From Candidatus Pacearchaeota archaeon (lineage in GTDB: Archaea > Nanobdellota > Nanobdellia > Pacearchaeales > GW2011-AR1): a stretch of DNA of 64,000 bases. How positions within the stretch are numbered: the first letter of the stretch is position 1; each line of letters begins with the position of its first letter. Shown here piece after piece: positions 26,897 through 35,533 of this stretch. The stretch lies in assembly GCA_040879785.1 (NCBI GenBank), contig JBBDJR010000006.1, forward strand, positions 192,410 to 256,409. Reading direction: 5' to 3'. Below the pieces are notes generated by a model, which worked only from the letters and a program-made list of their open reading frames with translations, was not told the origin of the DNA and searched no databases. Both the position numbers and the translations under genes were made by a program.

Positions 26897-27420
26897 TTTC
26901 TACTTATATGCTTATTTCCTTTAATATAAAATCTAAACTTTTTTGGGAGGTCTTTTCTAACTCCTATCCTAAAATCCTCTCCAATCTCAAAAACATCATT
27001 ATTTCCCTCTAACCACAAATCTTCAGAATCAAAAGCATTTTCCTTATGAAACTTTTTATCTATATTCATTGCTTTCGTCAACAGCCCCGGGCCTTTCGTA
27101 TTCAAATCAAAATTCAACGGCTCCAAGGCACGAATCAAAACAGCCTCTGCTTTCCCTTCTTCTTTCGTTACAAAATTCAAAATCCAGTTATCATGAACTC
27201 CATAAACAAGAATCGTTCCAGGAACCATTAACATAGTCTTCCTCAAATCCCCGTTCTGCACTGCCCGGGACGCAGGATCACTCTCTCCAAAATACGCCTC
27301 TGTTTCAACAATTTTTGCTTTCAGTAATTTACCCCCAAACCTCCTGACTAAAATCTTTCCGAGCAAATCTCTTGCAACTCTGTCTGCGGGCCGACTAAAA
27401 AACTCTTTTTCCGGTCTCAT
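26893..27420 (-). CDS. AAG/MPG-family 3-methyladenine DNA glycosylase
   Basis: FFSRPADRVARDLLGKILV...IVETEAYFGESDPASRA matches the MPG family pattern. There is a 4-nt overlap with the downstream gene. Confidence 0.8.
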   Translation of the reverse strand: MRPEKEFFSRPADRVARDLLGKILVRRFGGKLLKAKIVETEAYFGESDPASRAVQNGDLRKTMLMVPGTILVYGVHDNWILNFVTKEEGKAEAVLIRALEPLNFDLNTKGPGLLTKAMNIDKKFHKENAFDSEDLWLEGNNDVFEIGEDFRIGVRKDLPKKFRFYIKGNKHISRK

Positions 27421-27486
27421 AAAATCTTTAAGTAGAGGATATTTAAAAGATGTATGTAAAATTGATATTCTTAAAAGAATAATAAA

Positions 27487-28395
27487 ATGGCTTCAACAAA
27501 CCAATCTCCTTTCTACCAAAAAGCAGAGGCAAAGTTTTTAGCAGCGCAGACAAGCAGAGAGAAACTAAAATATCTCGACGAAATGATTCGTGAATGTCCT
27601 AAACATAAGTCTGCAGAAAAGATGCTTGCTCAGCTTAAAACGAGAAGAAAAAAACTCCTTGAAAAAATAGAAAAGGGAACAAAAAAAGGAAAGACAAACA
27701 AACAAGGAATAAAAAAAGATGATATGCAGGCAGTAATTATAGGGTTTACAAATACCGGAAAATCTTCTCTTCTTTCTGCACTGACAAACGCCGAACCCGA
27801 AATCGCTTCTTATGAATTTACAACAAAAACTCCTGTTATAGGAATGGCTCCTTTCTCAGGAACAAAAATACAATTGATAGAAATCCCTGCATTTGAATCG
27901 GAATATTATGATAAGGGAACAGTCAATACTGCAGATGTAATCCTCATTCTCGTAGAGGACCTCGCGCAAATAGAACAAATTAAAAAAGACCTTGACAACG
28001 CACCGGGAAAAAGAATAATTGTATTCAACAAAAAAGGCGACGAAGACATTAGGAAACTGGAAGCAACATTAAAATCAAAAAAATACAACTTCATAATCCT
28101 AAACGCGAAAGAACCGGGGGAAGAAACTCTTAATAAATTAAAAGAAAAACTCTTTCACAGTTTCGGAAAAATCCGCATCTACACAAAAGAGCCCGGAGAA
28201 GAAAAAAGCGAAAAGCCAATTGTCCTTGAGCCAGATTCAACAGTCAAAGATGTCGCGGAAAAAATTCTTCACGGATTCTCAAAAAAAGTCAAAACTACTT
28301 TTGTGACAGGGCCCTCATCAAAATTCCCAAAACAAAAAGTCGGCCTCCAACACAAACTCAAGGATTTGGATGTTGTGGAGTTTAGGACTTGGTGA
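27487..28395 (+). CDS. DRG/Obg-like GTP-binding protein with a C-terminal TGS domain
   Basis: G1 is [11 protein letters not shown] and G4 is FNKKGD. The C-terminal TGS-like segment is [10 protein letters not shown]...VVEF. Confidence 0.7.
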   Translation: MASTNQSPFYQKAEAKFLAAQTSREKLKYLDEMIRECPKHKSAEKMLAQLKTRRKKLLEKIEKGTKKGKTNKQGIKKDDMQAVIIGFTNTGKSSLLSALTNAEPEIASYEFTTKTPVIGMAPFSGTKIQLIEIPAFESEYYDKGTVNTADVILILVEDLAQIEQIKKDLDNAPGKRIIVFNKKGDEDIRKLEATLKSKKYNFIILNAKEPGEETLNKLKEKLFHSFGKIRIYTKEPGEEKSEKPIVLEPDSTVKDVAEKILHGFSKKVKTTFVTGPSSKFPKQKVGLQHKLKDLDVVEFRTW

Positions 28396-28448
28396 AATAT
28401 ACTCTTCAATACAATAATTGATTTAAATCTATAAAACATAGATTGCTA

Positions 28449-28748
28449 ATGAAACTTGTCAAAAAAGATGTTGTACAAATAATAACTACTACAATTATAG
28501 GACTCCTTCTCACTATCTTTGGTGGTTTGGCCTTAGAAAAGGATATATTAGTTGGGATAATTTCTATTTTAATTGGTTTCTCACTAGTATATATTCTATT
28601 TTACACTCTTCAAATAGAAGAAAACTCTACCAATGCCGAAAAAAACAAGGCATCAATAGAAGAATTATCAAACAAGTTCGATAGAATGGAAGATTTAATA
28701 AATATAAAAAGCGATATTAAGATGTTAAAGGAGAAAATTAAAAGATGA
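28449..28748 (+). CDS. Small membrane protein with a coiled-coil tail
   Basis: First ATG is at 28449 (the track start is TTG). Two TM helices are followed by a K/E-rich helix. Confidence 0.35.
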   Translation: MKLVKKDVVQIITTTIIGLLLTIFGGLALEKDILVGIISILIGFSLVYILFYTLQIEENSTNAEKNKASIEELSNKFDRMEDLINIKSDIKMLKEKIKR

Positions 28749-28855
28749 ATAAAAAGGGACGGTTTACTGCAAGTGATATGTTAGAGGTAATAAAAATAAT
28801 TATCATAGCAATAATTGGTTTTATAATTATTCGCGCTCTTTTAGGAGTGGCATAA
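28745..28855 (+). CDS. Possible 36-aa single-TM mini-protein (not in the ORF track)
   Basis: My translation is MNKKGRFTASDMLEVIKIIIIAIIGFIIIRALLGVA. There is an ATGA overlap with the upstream stop. It ends 2 nt before the 25-bp repeat. Confidence 0.25.
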   Translation: MNKKGRFTASDMLEVIKIIIIAIIGFIIIRALLGVA

Positions 28856-28857
28856 AG

Positions 28858-28882
28858 ATTATTCATAATTCCAGGTTTCTAA
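28858..28882. repeat. 25-bp direct repeat, left copy (attattcataattccaggtttctaa)
   Basis: Perfect match to 31043..31067. It is intergenic here, whereas the right copy is the 3' end of a CDS. Confidence 0.95.
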
Positions 28883-28953
28883 GTTTATGTTATTGAAAGA
28901 AAAAAATTGAATCTCCGATAACAGATTTCAGATTAACAAGAAGGTAGATTGAA

Positions 28954-30960
28954 TTAAGGTCTTCCAGAAGATTTTCCTGGAGAAGAAGGCGCATTTCCGG
29001 AAGATCCCGACGACGGCCCTTGACTTGCAGACGTTTTTGATTTGACTTTATCTTGTATATCTTTTATCTTGTTTCTTGCAGGGTTTTCAAGACCATTTAA
29101 AACCTCATCAATATCTGAATCTTCTTTTTCCTCGTCAGATTCCTCTCCTGTAACTCCTGCTTCTGTTTCTTCAGGTACCGGCTCTGAAGATTCGTCTGTT
29201 GTATCCTCTTCTGTTTCACTTTCGTCTTCCTTTTCTCCTTCATCAGACTCCGAAGGAATTCCTGAAGTCGGTCCTTCTCCTCGAGATTCTCTTATTGCAT
29301 TAATTGAACTTTCTCTTCCTCTTGCACTTGCTTCAATAGCCCTCTCAATCGAAGGTTTTGCAACATCCGGGACTTTATTATATACATCTCCGAGAACCCT
29401 TAAATGGGTCGACGTTGCCTCTGCCACCAACTCATCAACTGAACTTGTATTTTCCCCAAGACCTCTCGCAGTCTCAGAAACTCTTATTGAATTGTTAATG
29501 CTCCTCTCATAATCTTCAAGAGCCTTTCCTGTACCTTCTAAATCTCCTTTCTCACTTAGTGCTTCCGCCTCTGCAAGCCTCTCTTCAGAGTGTCTCACGT
29601 GAAGCTTTGCTTTTTCCAGAGGGTCAAAAGTTAATGCCAGTCCAATCCTCTCAAAAAGTCTTTCGATACCATAAAAAACATCTCCAGGTTTAGTTCCCGG
29701 ACTAACTCTTTCTGAATCTTCTTCTGTTTCCTCAGAGTCCTCTTCAGTTTCATTTGTTTCTTCAGTCTCACCTTCTGCCCCTTCCGTGTCTTCCTCAGTT
29801 ACATTAGCAACATATGCATAAGCCTCAAAAGCATCAACTCTTCCAAATCCTTGAGTGTTATCATCAAGACCCAAATCAATAGAAGTATCTCTGAAAATAT
29901 CTTTTAAATCTTCTGAAGTCAATGAGGAATCTTCCTGAAGAAGCAATGCAATTAATCCTGAAACGTGGGGTGTTGATGCAGAGGTTCCCGAACCAATAGC
30001 AAACTCTCCATCATTCCTCGTGGATATTATCGAAACTCCCGGAGCCAAAACATCTGGCTTAATTCTCCCATCGGCTGTAGGCCCTCTTGAACTCCAATCA
30101 GGAACATTATCATTATTGTCTGATGCTCCAACAGCAATACCTTTTTGAGAGCATCCAGGGATTGTGATTGTCTCAGAGTCTGGTCCAGAATTTCCTGCTG
30201 CAATAACTACTACAAGTCCTTTATCCACGGCACTATCAACTGCCCTCGACAAAACATCTGTTCCGTCACAACTATCTACTTCTGCTCCAAAACTCATGCT
30301 TGCAATGTCTGCACCATTTTCAAGAGCCCAGTCCAATCCTTCAATTATATCGCTGGAGTACCCAACTCCCTCTTGATTCAAAACTTTCACATTAAACAAA
30401 TTCGCTCCCGGAGCAACCCCTTTGTATTCTTCATCATTTGAAGCGACTATTCCTGCAACATGCGTCCCGTGTCCGTGTAAGTCATTAGTTCCTTCTCCAG
30501 TATAATCAATCTCCAAATCAACACTCAATGCAGAATGTTCATCATAAATCCCTGTATCAAAAACAGCAACATTTATCCCTTCTCCAGTAATGTTAAAATC
30601 CCATACTTCATTCGCACGAATTTTTGGAACGCTTTCATCCAACACAAGGCTAACCTCGTAATCCATTTCTGCAGATTCTACAAAAGGTCTCTCAACGATT
30701 CTATCGACAGCGTTCTTTGGAACCGAAACCGAAACTCCATTAATTACTCCATACTGATATTTGACACTCGCGCCATCTGATTTTATCGTGCTTATTTCCG
30801 AAGGTCCTGGAACCTGATTAAATAAAAGAATCAAATCAACTCTCTCACTCTGCCCTTTTGTCTCAAGAAAACTCGCAAGGCCCTCACTGACTTCTCCTGC
30901 AGAAACAAACGAAACAGCAAGAGCAAATACAAGTGCAACAATCACCAACTTTTTTAACAT
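28954..30960 (-). CDS. Secreted S8 subtilisin-like serine protease with acidic linkers and a C-terminal helical domain
   Basis: Signal peptide is present. The catalytic triad contexts are AVFDTGI, HGTHVAGIV and GTSASTPHVSG. An E/T/D-rich linker follows, then the helical segment FYGIERLFERIGLALTFDPLEKAKLH. Confidence 0.9.
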   Translation of the reverse strand: MLKKLVIVALVFALAVSFVSAGEVSEGLASFLETKGQSERVDLILLFNQVPGPSEISTIKSDGASVKYQYGVINGVSVSVPKNAVDRIVERPFVESAEMDYEVSLVLDESVPKIRANEVWDFNITGEGINVAVFDTGIYDEHSALSVDLEIDYTGEGTNDLHGHGTHVAGIVASNDEEYKGVAPGANLFNVKVLNQEGVGYSSDIIEGLDWALENGADIASMSFGAEVDSCDGTDVLSRAVDSAVDKGLVVVIAAGNSGPDSETITIPGCSQKGIAVGASDNNDNVPDWSSRGPTADGRIKPDVLAPGVSIISTRNDGEFAIGSGTSASTPHVSGLIALLLQEDSSLTSEDLKDIFRDTSIDLGLDDNTQGFGRVDAFEAYAYVANVTEEDTEGAEGETEETNETEEDSEETEEDSERVSPGTKPGDVFYGIERLFERIGLALTFDPLEKAKLHVRHSEERLAEAEALSEKGDLEGTGKALEDYERSINNSIRVSETARGLGENTSSVDELVAEATSTHLRVLGDVYNKVPDVAKPSIERAIEASARGRESSINAIRESRGEGPTSGIPSESDEGEKEDESETEEDTTDESSEPVPEETEAGVTGEESDEEKEDSDIDEVLNGLENPARNKIKDIQDKVKSKTSASQGPSSGSSGNAPSSPGKSSGRP

Positions 30961-31042
30961 TTTGACTTCTTAACAATATGATGTGACTTGTATTTAAATT
31001 TTATGGAGGAATTGTTTTAGTAGAGTAGAATTAAAGTAGGAA

Positions 31043-31067
31043 ATTATTCATAATTCCAGGTTTCTAA
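31043..31067. repeat. 25-bp direct repeat, right copy
   Basis: Identical to 28858..28882. On the minus strand it encodes the last 7 codons plus stop (LETWNYE*) of ORF 31044..31799. Confidence 0.95.
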
Positions 31068-31799
31068 ATCAATATTGTCAAAGTCATAGAATTTATTGTT
31101 AAGTAAATTGTATTGTCCAGGAAATTTGTTATCAGTTTTAAAATTGAAGGGGTTCTTTTGGAACAAATAAATCTGTGCTTTAGGTGGAACTCCCGGATAA
31201 GAAAGCAAGATCCATTTCTCTCTACCCTGAACATATTCGTTCCTAAATTTAATTTTCTTATTTAGAATTAAATAAGCCATAAGATGTTCCTCTAAAAAGA
31301 AATCTTTTTGAATTTTTGTTAATTTTCTTTTAAAGAACTTAGCATCTTCTTTCAAATATTTTTGAAACTTTTTGTCTTTTTTGTAAATATCCTTGATTTT
31401 CCTAAGATATATATTAAAATCTCCCTCAAGATTAAGATATATGTTGCCCCAAGTTTCAAAATGAAATGCATGTTGAATTTGCATCTTTTTTCTCTTTTTC
31501 CAAAAAGATTTTCTTAGACCTTTTTTATGGTGGATTGATTCTGCCATAAATTTGTCTTTTAATTTTTTTGCAGACTCTCTTGAATTTAGATACAAAAAAT
31601 CACAATAAACAAAATTTAACCCTATTTTAGGTTCTCCTACTTTGCTATCTCCAAGAAAATCAATCCAATTTACACAATTTGAGACTTTTTGTGATGTTGA
31701 AATATTAGACATGGAAATAGGAAGCCAAATAATTCCCCAATCCTTCAGAGGCTTTATATCAAAAAATTCATTCTTCTTTGGGATTTTTCCTTTTGCCAT
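31044..31799 (-). CDS. Cyclodipeptide synthase (CDPS)-like protein
   Basis: 251 aa. IWLPISMSNISTSQKV resembles AlbC LIGISAGNSYFSQKN (Ser37 pocket). NFVYCD resembles VVYVD, DFFLEE resembles NYVLAE (Glu182), and LLSYPG resembles LCYHID (Tyr202). The AlbC and YvmC sequences are recalled from memory. Confidence 0.6.
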   Translation of the reverse strand: MAKGKIPKKNEFFDIKPLKDWGIIWLPISMSNISTSQKVSNCVNWIDFLGDSKVGEPKIGLNFVYCDFLYLNSRESAKKLKDKFMAESIHHKKGLRKSFWKKRKKMQIQHAFHFETWGNIYLNLEGDFNIYLRKIKDIYKKDKKFQKYLKEDAKFFKRKLTKIQKDFFLEEHLMAYLILNKKIKFRNEYVQGREKWILLSYPGVPPKAQIYLFQKNPFNFKTDNKFPGQYNLLNNKFYDFDNIDLETWNYE

Positions 31800-31840
31800 T
31801 TTATTTATAACTAATTTTTTAGGGGTTTGTGAATCTTTAA

Positions 31841-32926
31841 CTATTTAGTAATTTTCAATTTTTTAACAACCTCATAAAGTTTTTTTGCTTCTTTATTTTT
31901 CTCGAAATGTTCTCGAACAGGTTTGATTAGTTTATCCAATTCTGTTGCACAGCTATTCTTTAAATCAAGAGGATGAAGTTTCTTATTAACAAAATCTTTT
32001 TCCATTTCATCATAGTTAGAATAAACCAATTCTCCCCCAAATTTTTCTGGACGATTAATCTTAACACTTTCAGTGTTCCTGAAGATTATGTATTTGAAAT
32101 ATTCCAATATAGGATTTCCTTCCACAATCCCTTCTGGACAGTACGCCTTACTGATTTTCTCTTTCAATTCCTTTAAGGAATCGTGCATATAGATGCATGT
32201 TTTAGGATCCGATTTAGACATCTTAGAAGCCATTAGTGTTTCCTCGTCACTTCCTTTTTTCTGAAGACCTTGAAGTCCCAAGAGAATATGATGGTGTATT
32301 GCTACAGGTTTTTTCCATCCGTGTTTTCCCGCAATATCTCTTGCCAACATATTTGCCCTACGTTGATCCATACCTAACTGACAGATATCTAAATCCATTT
32401 CAAAAATATCTGCAACCTGCATGCTTGGATAAAATAGCTGTGCGGTACTAAGGGTATCTCCCTCTTTTCTTCCTGCAATAGTTAGAGATTTTTTAGTCCT
32501 ATTGATGCTTGTAGATTTAGCAACCCTAAAAACCCTATCCCAATACTTAATATTATCCATTAGTTCGCTTGCCCATATTATTTCAACTTTTTTTGTATCA
32601 ATTCCGCACGCCTTCCAGACTTCAATAAAATATTTTCCTGCTAATTGAATCTTTTCAAGATCTCCTCCTAATTTATTATTTATAAACCCAAAATAATCTG
32701 CCAAATATAATTTAAATTTTATTCCTGTCTTTAACATATTTTTGAGATTAGTTGCCCTTAATAATCCAAAATGGATCGGAGCGACTCCAGAAGGCTCAAA
32801 TCCATCATAAGCTGTAATTGTGTCTCCTTTCTTAAAAAGATCTCTTAGCCCGTCTTCACTAACAATCTCTTGGGCAAATTCTTTTATCAAATCAATCTTC
32901 TCATCAACACTCATTTTCTTTGCCAT
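31841..32926 (-). CDS. tyrS: Tyrosyl-tRNA synthetase (archaeal type)
   Basis: The KMSKS motif is present. The C-terminal block KISKAYCPEGIVEGNPILEYFKY...RPEKFGGEL...LHPLDLKN closely parallels M. jannaschii TyrRS. Confidence 0.9.
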   Translation of the reverse strand: MAKKMSVDEKIDLIKEFAQEIVSEDGLRDLFKKGDTITAYDGFEPSGVAPIHFGLLRATNLKNMLKTGIKFKLYLADYFGFINNKLGGDLEKIQLAGKYFIEVWKACGIDTKKVEIIWASELMDNIKYWDRVFRVAKSTSINRTKKSLTIAGRKEGDTLSTAQLFYPSMQVADIFEMDLDICQLGMDQRRANMLARDIAGKHGWKKPVAIHHHILLGLQGLQKKGSDEETLMASKMSKSDPKTCIYMHDSLKELKEKISKAYCPEGIVEGNPILEYFKYIIFRNTESVKINRPEKFGGELVYSNYDEMEKDFVNKKLHPLDLKNSCATELDKLIKPVREHFEKNKEAKKLYEVVKKLKITK

Positions 32927-33026
32927 AACATCTAAAGCAATCTCTGATTATTAAAGGTTTTTATTATACTCAACGCCAGTAATATTTAACTATTGAAATA
33001 TCTTACAAAAATAAAAAGAGTTGAAA

Positions 33027-34262
33027 ATGCTCGCAGAAATAATTTTATTCCTGGGCCTTGGGATTCTTGCAGGAACGTTTACTGGATTAATTCCAGGTAT
33101 ACATATGAATCTAGTAGGAGTTACACTAATCTCAGTTTACGCTTCAATTCTCTCAGGACTCAATCCTTTATTCCTCGCAGTCTTTATTACCTCGATGGCA
33201 ATGTCCCATACATTTATTGATTTCATCCCGTCAGTGTTTTTAGGATGTCCTGACACAGATACGGAACTCTCTGTTTTGCCCGGACACGAACTTCTCAAAA
33301 AAGGTGGTGGGTTTGAAGCAGTTTCGCTAACAGCATATGGTAGCCTCGCGGCGGTCTTTCTTCTTTTTTTAATTATATATCCTTCATTTTTTCTGGTTCC
33401 AAAAATAAACAACTTCCTTCTAAAAAGCATTGAACTCTCTCCATCCCTGAGCATTTCCTTTATGCCTATTTTATTAATCCTTGTTTCTTTTCTTCTGATT
33501 TTTATGGAAGAAAAAAAGCAGGCAGGATTCCTGGTTTTTCTAATTTCCGGGGCCTTAGGTTTAAGTGTTCTTAACATAGATTTTCTTAAAGAACCTCTGC
33601 TCCCTCTTCTTACAGGACTTTTCGGTTCCTCAATGATAATTTTAAGCATAAGAGCAAAAACAAAAATTCCTCCTCAGGAAATTTCAAAACCAGAATTAAA
33701 GGGAAATTTTTTGCGTCCGTTGTTTGGCTCTCTTTTGGCTTCACCTCTTTCAAGCATGCTTCCCGGACTCGGCTCAGGACAAGCAGCAATAATAGGAAAC
33801 ACCTTCACGGGCCGCAAAGACAATCTGAAAGGGTTTCTCGTTCTGCTCGGAGCAACCAACACGCTTGTTATGGGATTTTCATTCATCACATTTTATCTAA
33901 TAGGAAGAACAAGGACGGGTGCGGCCGTCGCAATCAATGATTTAATCGGGGGATTTTCATGGCAGGTCTTAACTATCATCCTCGCAGTGGTTTTAATTTC
34001 AGGAATAATTTCTTTCTTCTTAACAATAAAAACAGGAAAAATCTTCTCGACTAAACTTCCAAAAATAAACTATCTTAAAATATCTCTTTCAGTTCTCGTA
34101 CTTCTCACAATAATCGTATTTCTTATCTCAGGATTTTTTGGATTGGTTGTTTTCGCAGTCTCGACCCTCACCGGAATTTTTTGCATAAACACTGGAGCAA
34201 GAAGAACTCAAATGATGGGTTGCTTATTGCTTCCAACCATTGTTTTTTATTTGATGTTGTAG
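33027..34262 (+). CDS. TctA/DUF112-like polytopic membrane transporter
   Basis: First ATG is at 33027 (the track start is TTG). GLIPGIHMNLV and LSVLPGHELLKKGGGFEAVSL resemble the TctA-family pattern. Confidence 0.5.
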   Translation: MLAEIILFLGLGILAGTFTGLIPGIHMNLVGVTLISVYASILSGLNPLFLAVFITSMAMSHTFIDFIPSVFLGCPDTDTELSVLPGHELLKKGGGFEAVSLTAYGSLAAVFLLFLIIYPSFFLVPKINNFLLKSIELSPSLSISFMPILLILVSFLLIFMEEKKQAGFLVFLISGALGLSVLNIDFLKEPLLPLLTGLFGSSMIILSIRAKTKIPPQEISKPELKGNFLRPLFGSLLASPLSSMLPGLGSGQAAIIGNTFTGRKDNLKGFLVLLGATNTLVMGFSFITFYLIGRTRTGAAVAINDLIGGFSWQVLTIILAVVLISGIISFFLTIKTGKIFSTKLPKINYLKISLSVLVLLTIIVFLISGFFGLVVFAVSTLTGIFCINTGARRTQMMGCLLLPTIVFYLML

Positions 34263-34273
34263 AAAGAAATTTA

Positions 34274-34837
34274 TTAGTAGCGCCGCCCCTGATAGTTTAA
34301 AGGCCTGCCAGTGTTTTTTCTTGAAGAAATATTTCTTGATCCTTCTCCCCACGCAGCAATACCTATAATAACAAGATTTACGAGAGATATCAACAACAGG
34401 ATTGCCCACCACCCTGGCCTTCCAATTCTCTCAAACATCTTCCAACTCCAAATCAGGACGATAACTATAGAAACCAGAACAAATAGATAATAAATATATT
34501 CAACCACTCCAGATATTGTATCAATGAAAAATCCGGCGATAAAGGATACTCCCATGACTACCCAAGGCCACCAGTGCATATCAGACGCCTGAAAAGCGAT
34601 AATCGTTGGGCCTATTACAGGAATCCATGCGAGTCCCGGCGTACTAAGCCCTGCCTTCTGGCCAATTCTCATATAAGCAAAGGACACGTAGATATAAAGA
34701 GCAATTCCAATCAATATTGATACAATAAGTATTGCAATAAAAAACGCCATAAGGCCTCCAAACAACTGCCCTGCTTCACCCTCACTAATTGTATGACTGA
34801 CGCTAAAAAGAAAATTCTCTAATAATGAAAACGACAT
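34274..34837 (-). CDS. Membrane protein with DUF5684-like motifs
   Basis: YMRIGQKAGLSTPGLAWIPVIGP and FERIGRPGWWAILLLISLVNLVI resemble that family. Confidence 0.4.
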   Translation of the reverse strand: MSFSLLENFLFSVSHTISEGEAGQLFGGLMAFFIAILIVSILIGIALYIYVSFAYMRIGQKAGLSTPGLAWIPVIGPTIIAFQASDMHWWPWVVMGVSFIAGFFIDTISGVVEYIYYLFVLVSIVIVLIWSWKMFERIGRPGWWAILLLISLVNLVIIGIAAWGEGSRNISSRKNTGRPLNYQGRRY

Positions 34838-34869
34838 GAAAACAAGAGAGAAACATAATTTAAAAAGAT

Positions 34870-35496
34870 TTACTTTTCAAACTTCTTAGATGCATTAAAG
34901 AACATGACTATGACCAATATTAATGCTACTAATCCCAATATCTGGGCTATAAAAAAACCCATTGTCGCAATTATGCCCAAATAAACAGACAAGTCAAAGG
35001 CACTTACATCCCACGCCCATAAATACATTGTATGAGAAATAGGATAAATAATAGAAATGATAATTGTAAAAATTCCTGTAGTTTTGGCCAATTCTACATT
35101 TTTTCCAATTTTTACAAGACCTATCCCAAAAAAGATCATTCCCACAAAAGAAGCTATAATAAGGAGCCATGAGACATTAGCGCTCCCTAAGATTAATGTT
35201 TCAAATGAAAGACTAATAAAGTATAGCACTCCTATAAAAAATAAAATAAAGAGGGTCCACGAAGCATAAACCAAAAGTTTACTCTTAAATCTCTTTCCTA
35301 ACTCGGCAAATCCGTTAACGACCAAAAGTAAATTTAAAATAAATGCCAAAAATAATATTGTTGCAAACGTTATATGCATTCCTACACTGAAAATATCTAC
35401 TCCTATTAAAGCTAGGAAAAAAATTGCAAAGGCCAAAAATGGAAGAACAATCAAACTCCAAGCAGCAACCTTCAACGGCTTTTTAATGCCAAACAT
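34870..35496 (-). CDS. Polytopic membrane protein, unknown function
   Basis: 208 aa with about 6 TM helices. Confidence 0.4.
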   Translation of the reverse strand: MFGIKKPLKVAAWSLIVLPFLAFAIFFLALIGVDIFSVGMHITFATILFLAFILNLLLVVNGFAELGKRFKSKLLVYASWTLFILFFIGVLYFISLSFETLILGSANVSWLLIIASFVGMIFFGIGLVKIGKNVELAKTTGIFTIIISIIYPISHTMYLWAWDVSAFDLSVYLGIIATMGFFIAQILGLVALILVIVMFFNASKKFEK

Positions 35497-35533
35497 GAAA
35501 CCCCCAAGATTCTAACATTTAAAAACATTCCTT

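Noticed and set aside
29042-30441. Plus-strand ORFs inside the subtilase gene
   Set aside because: The minus strand carries an unambiguous S8 catalytic triad, so these are shadow ORFs.
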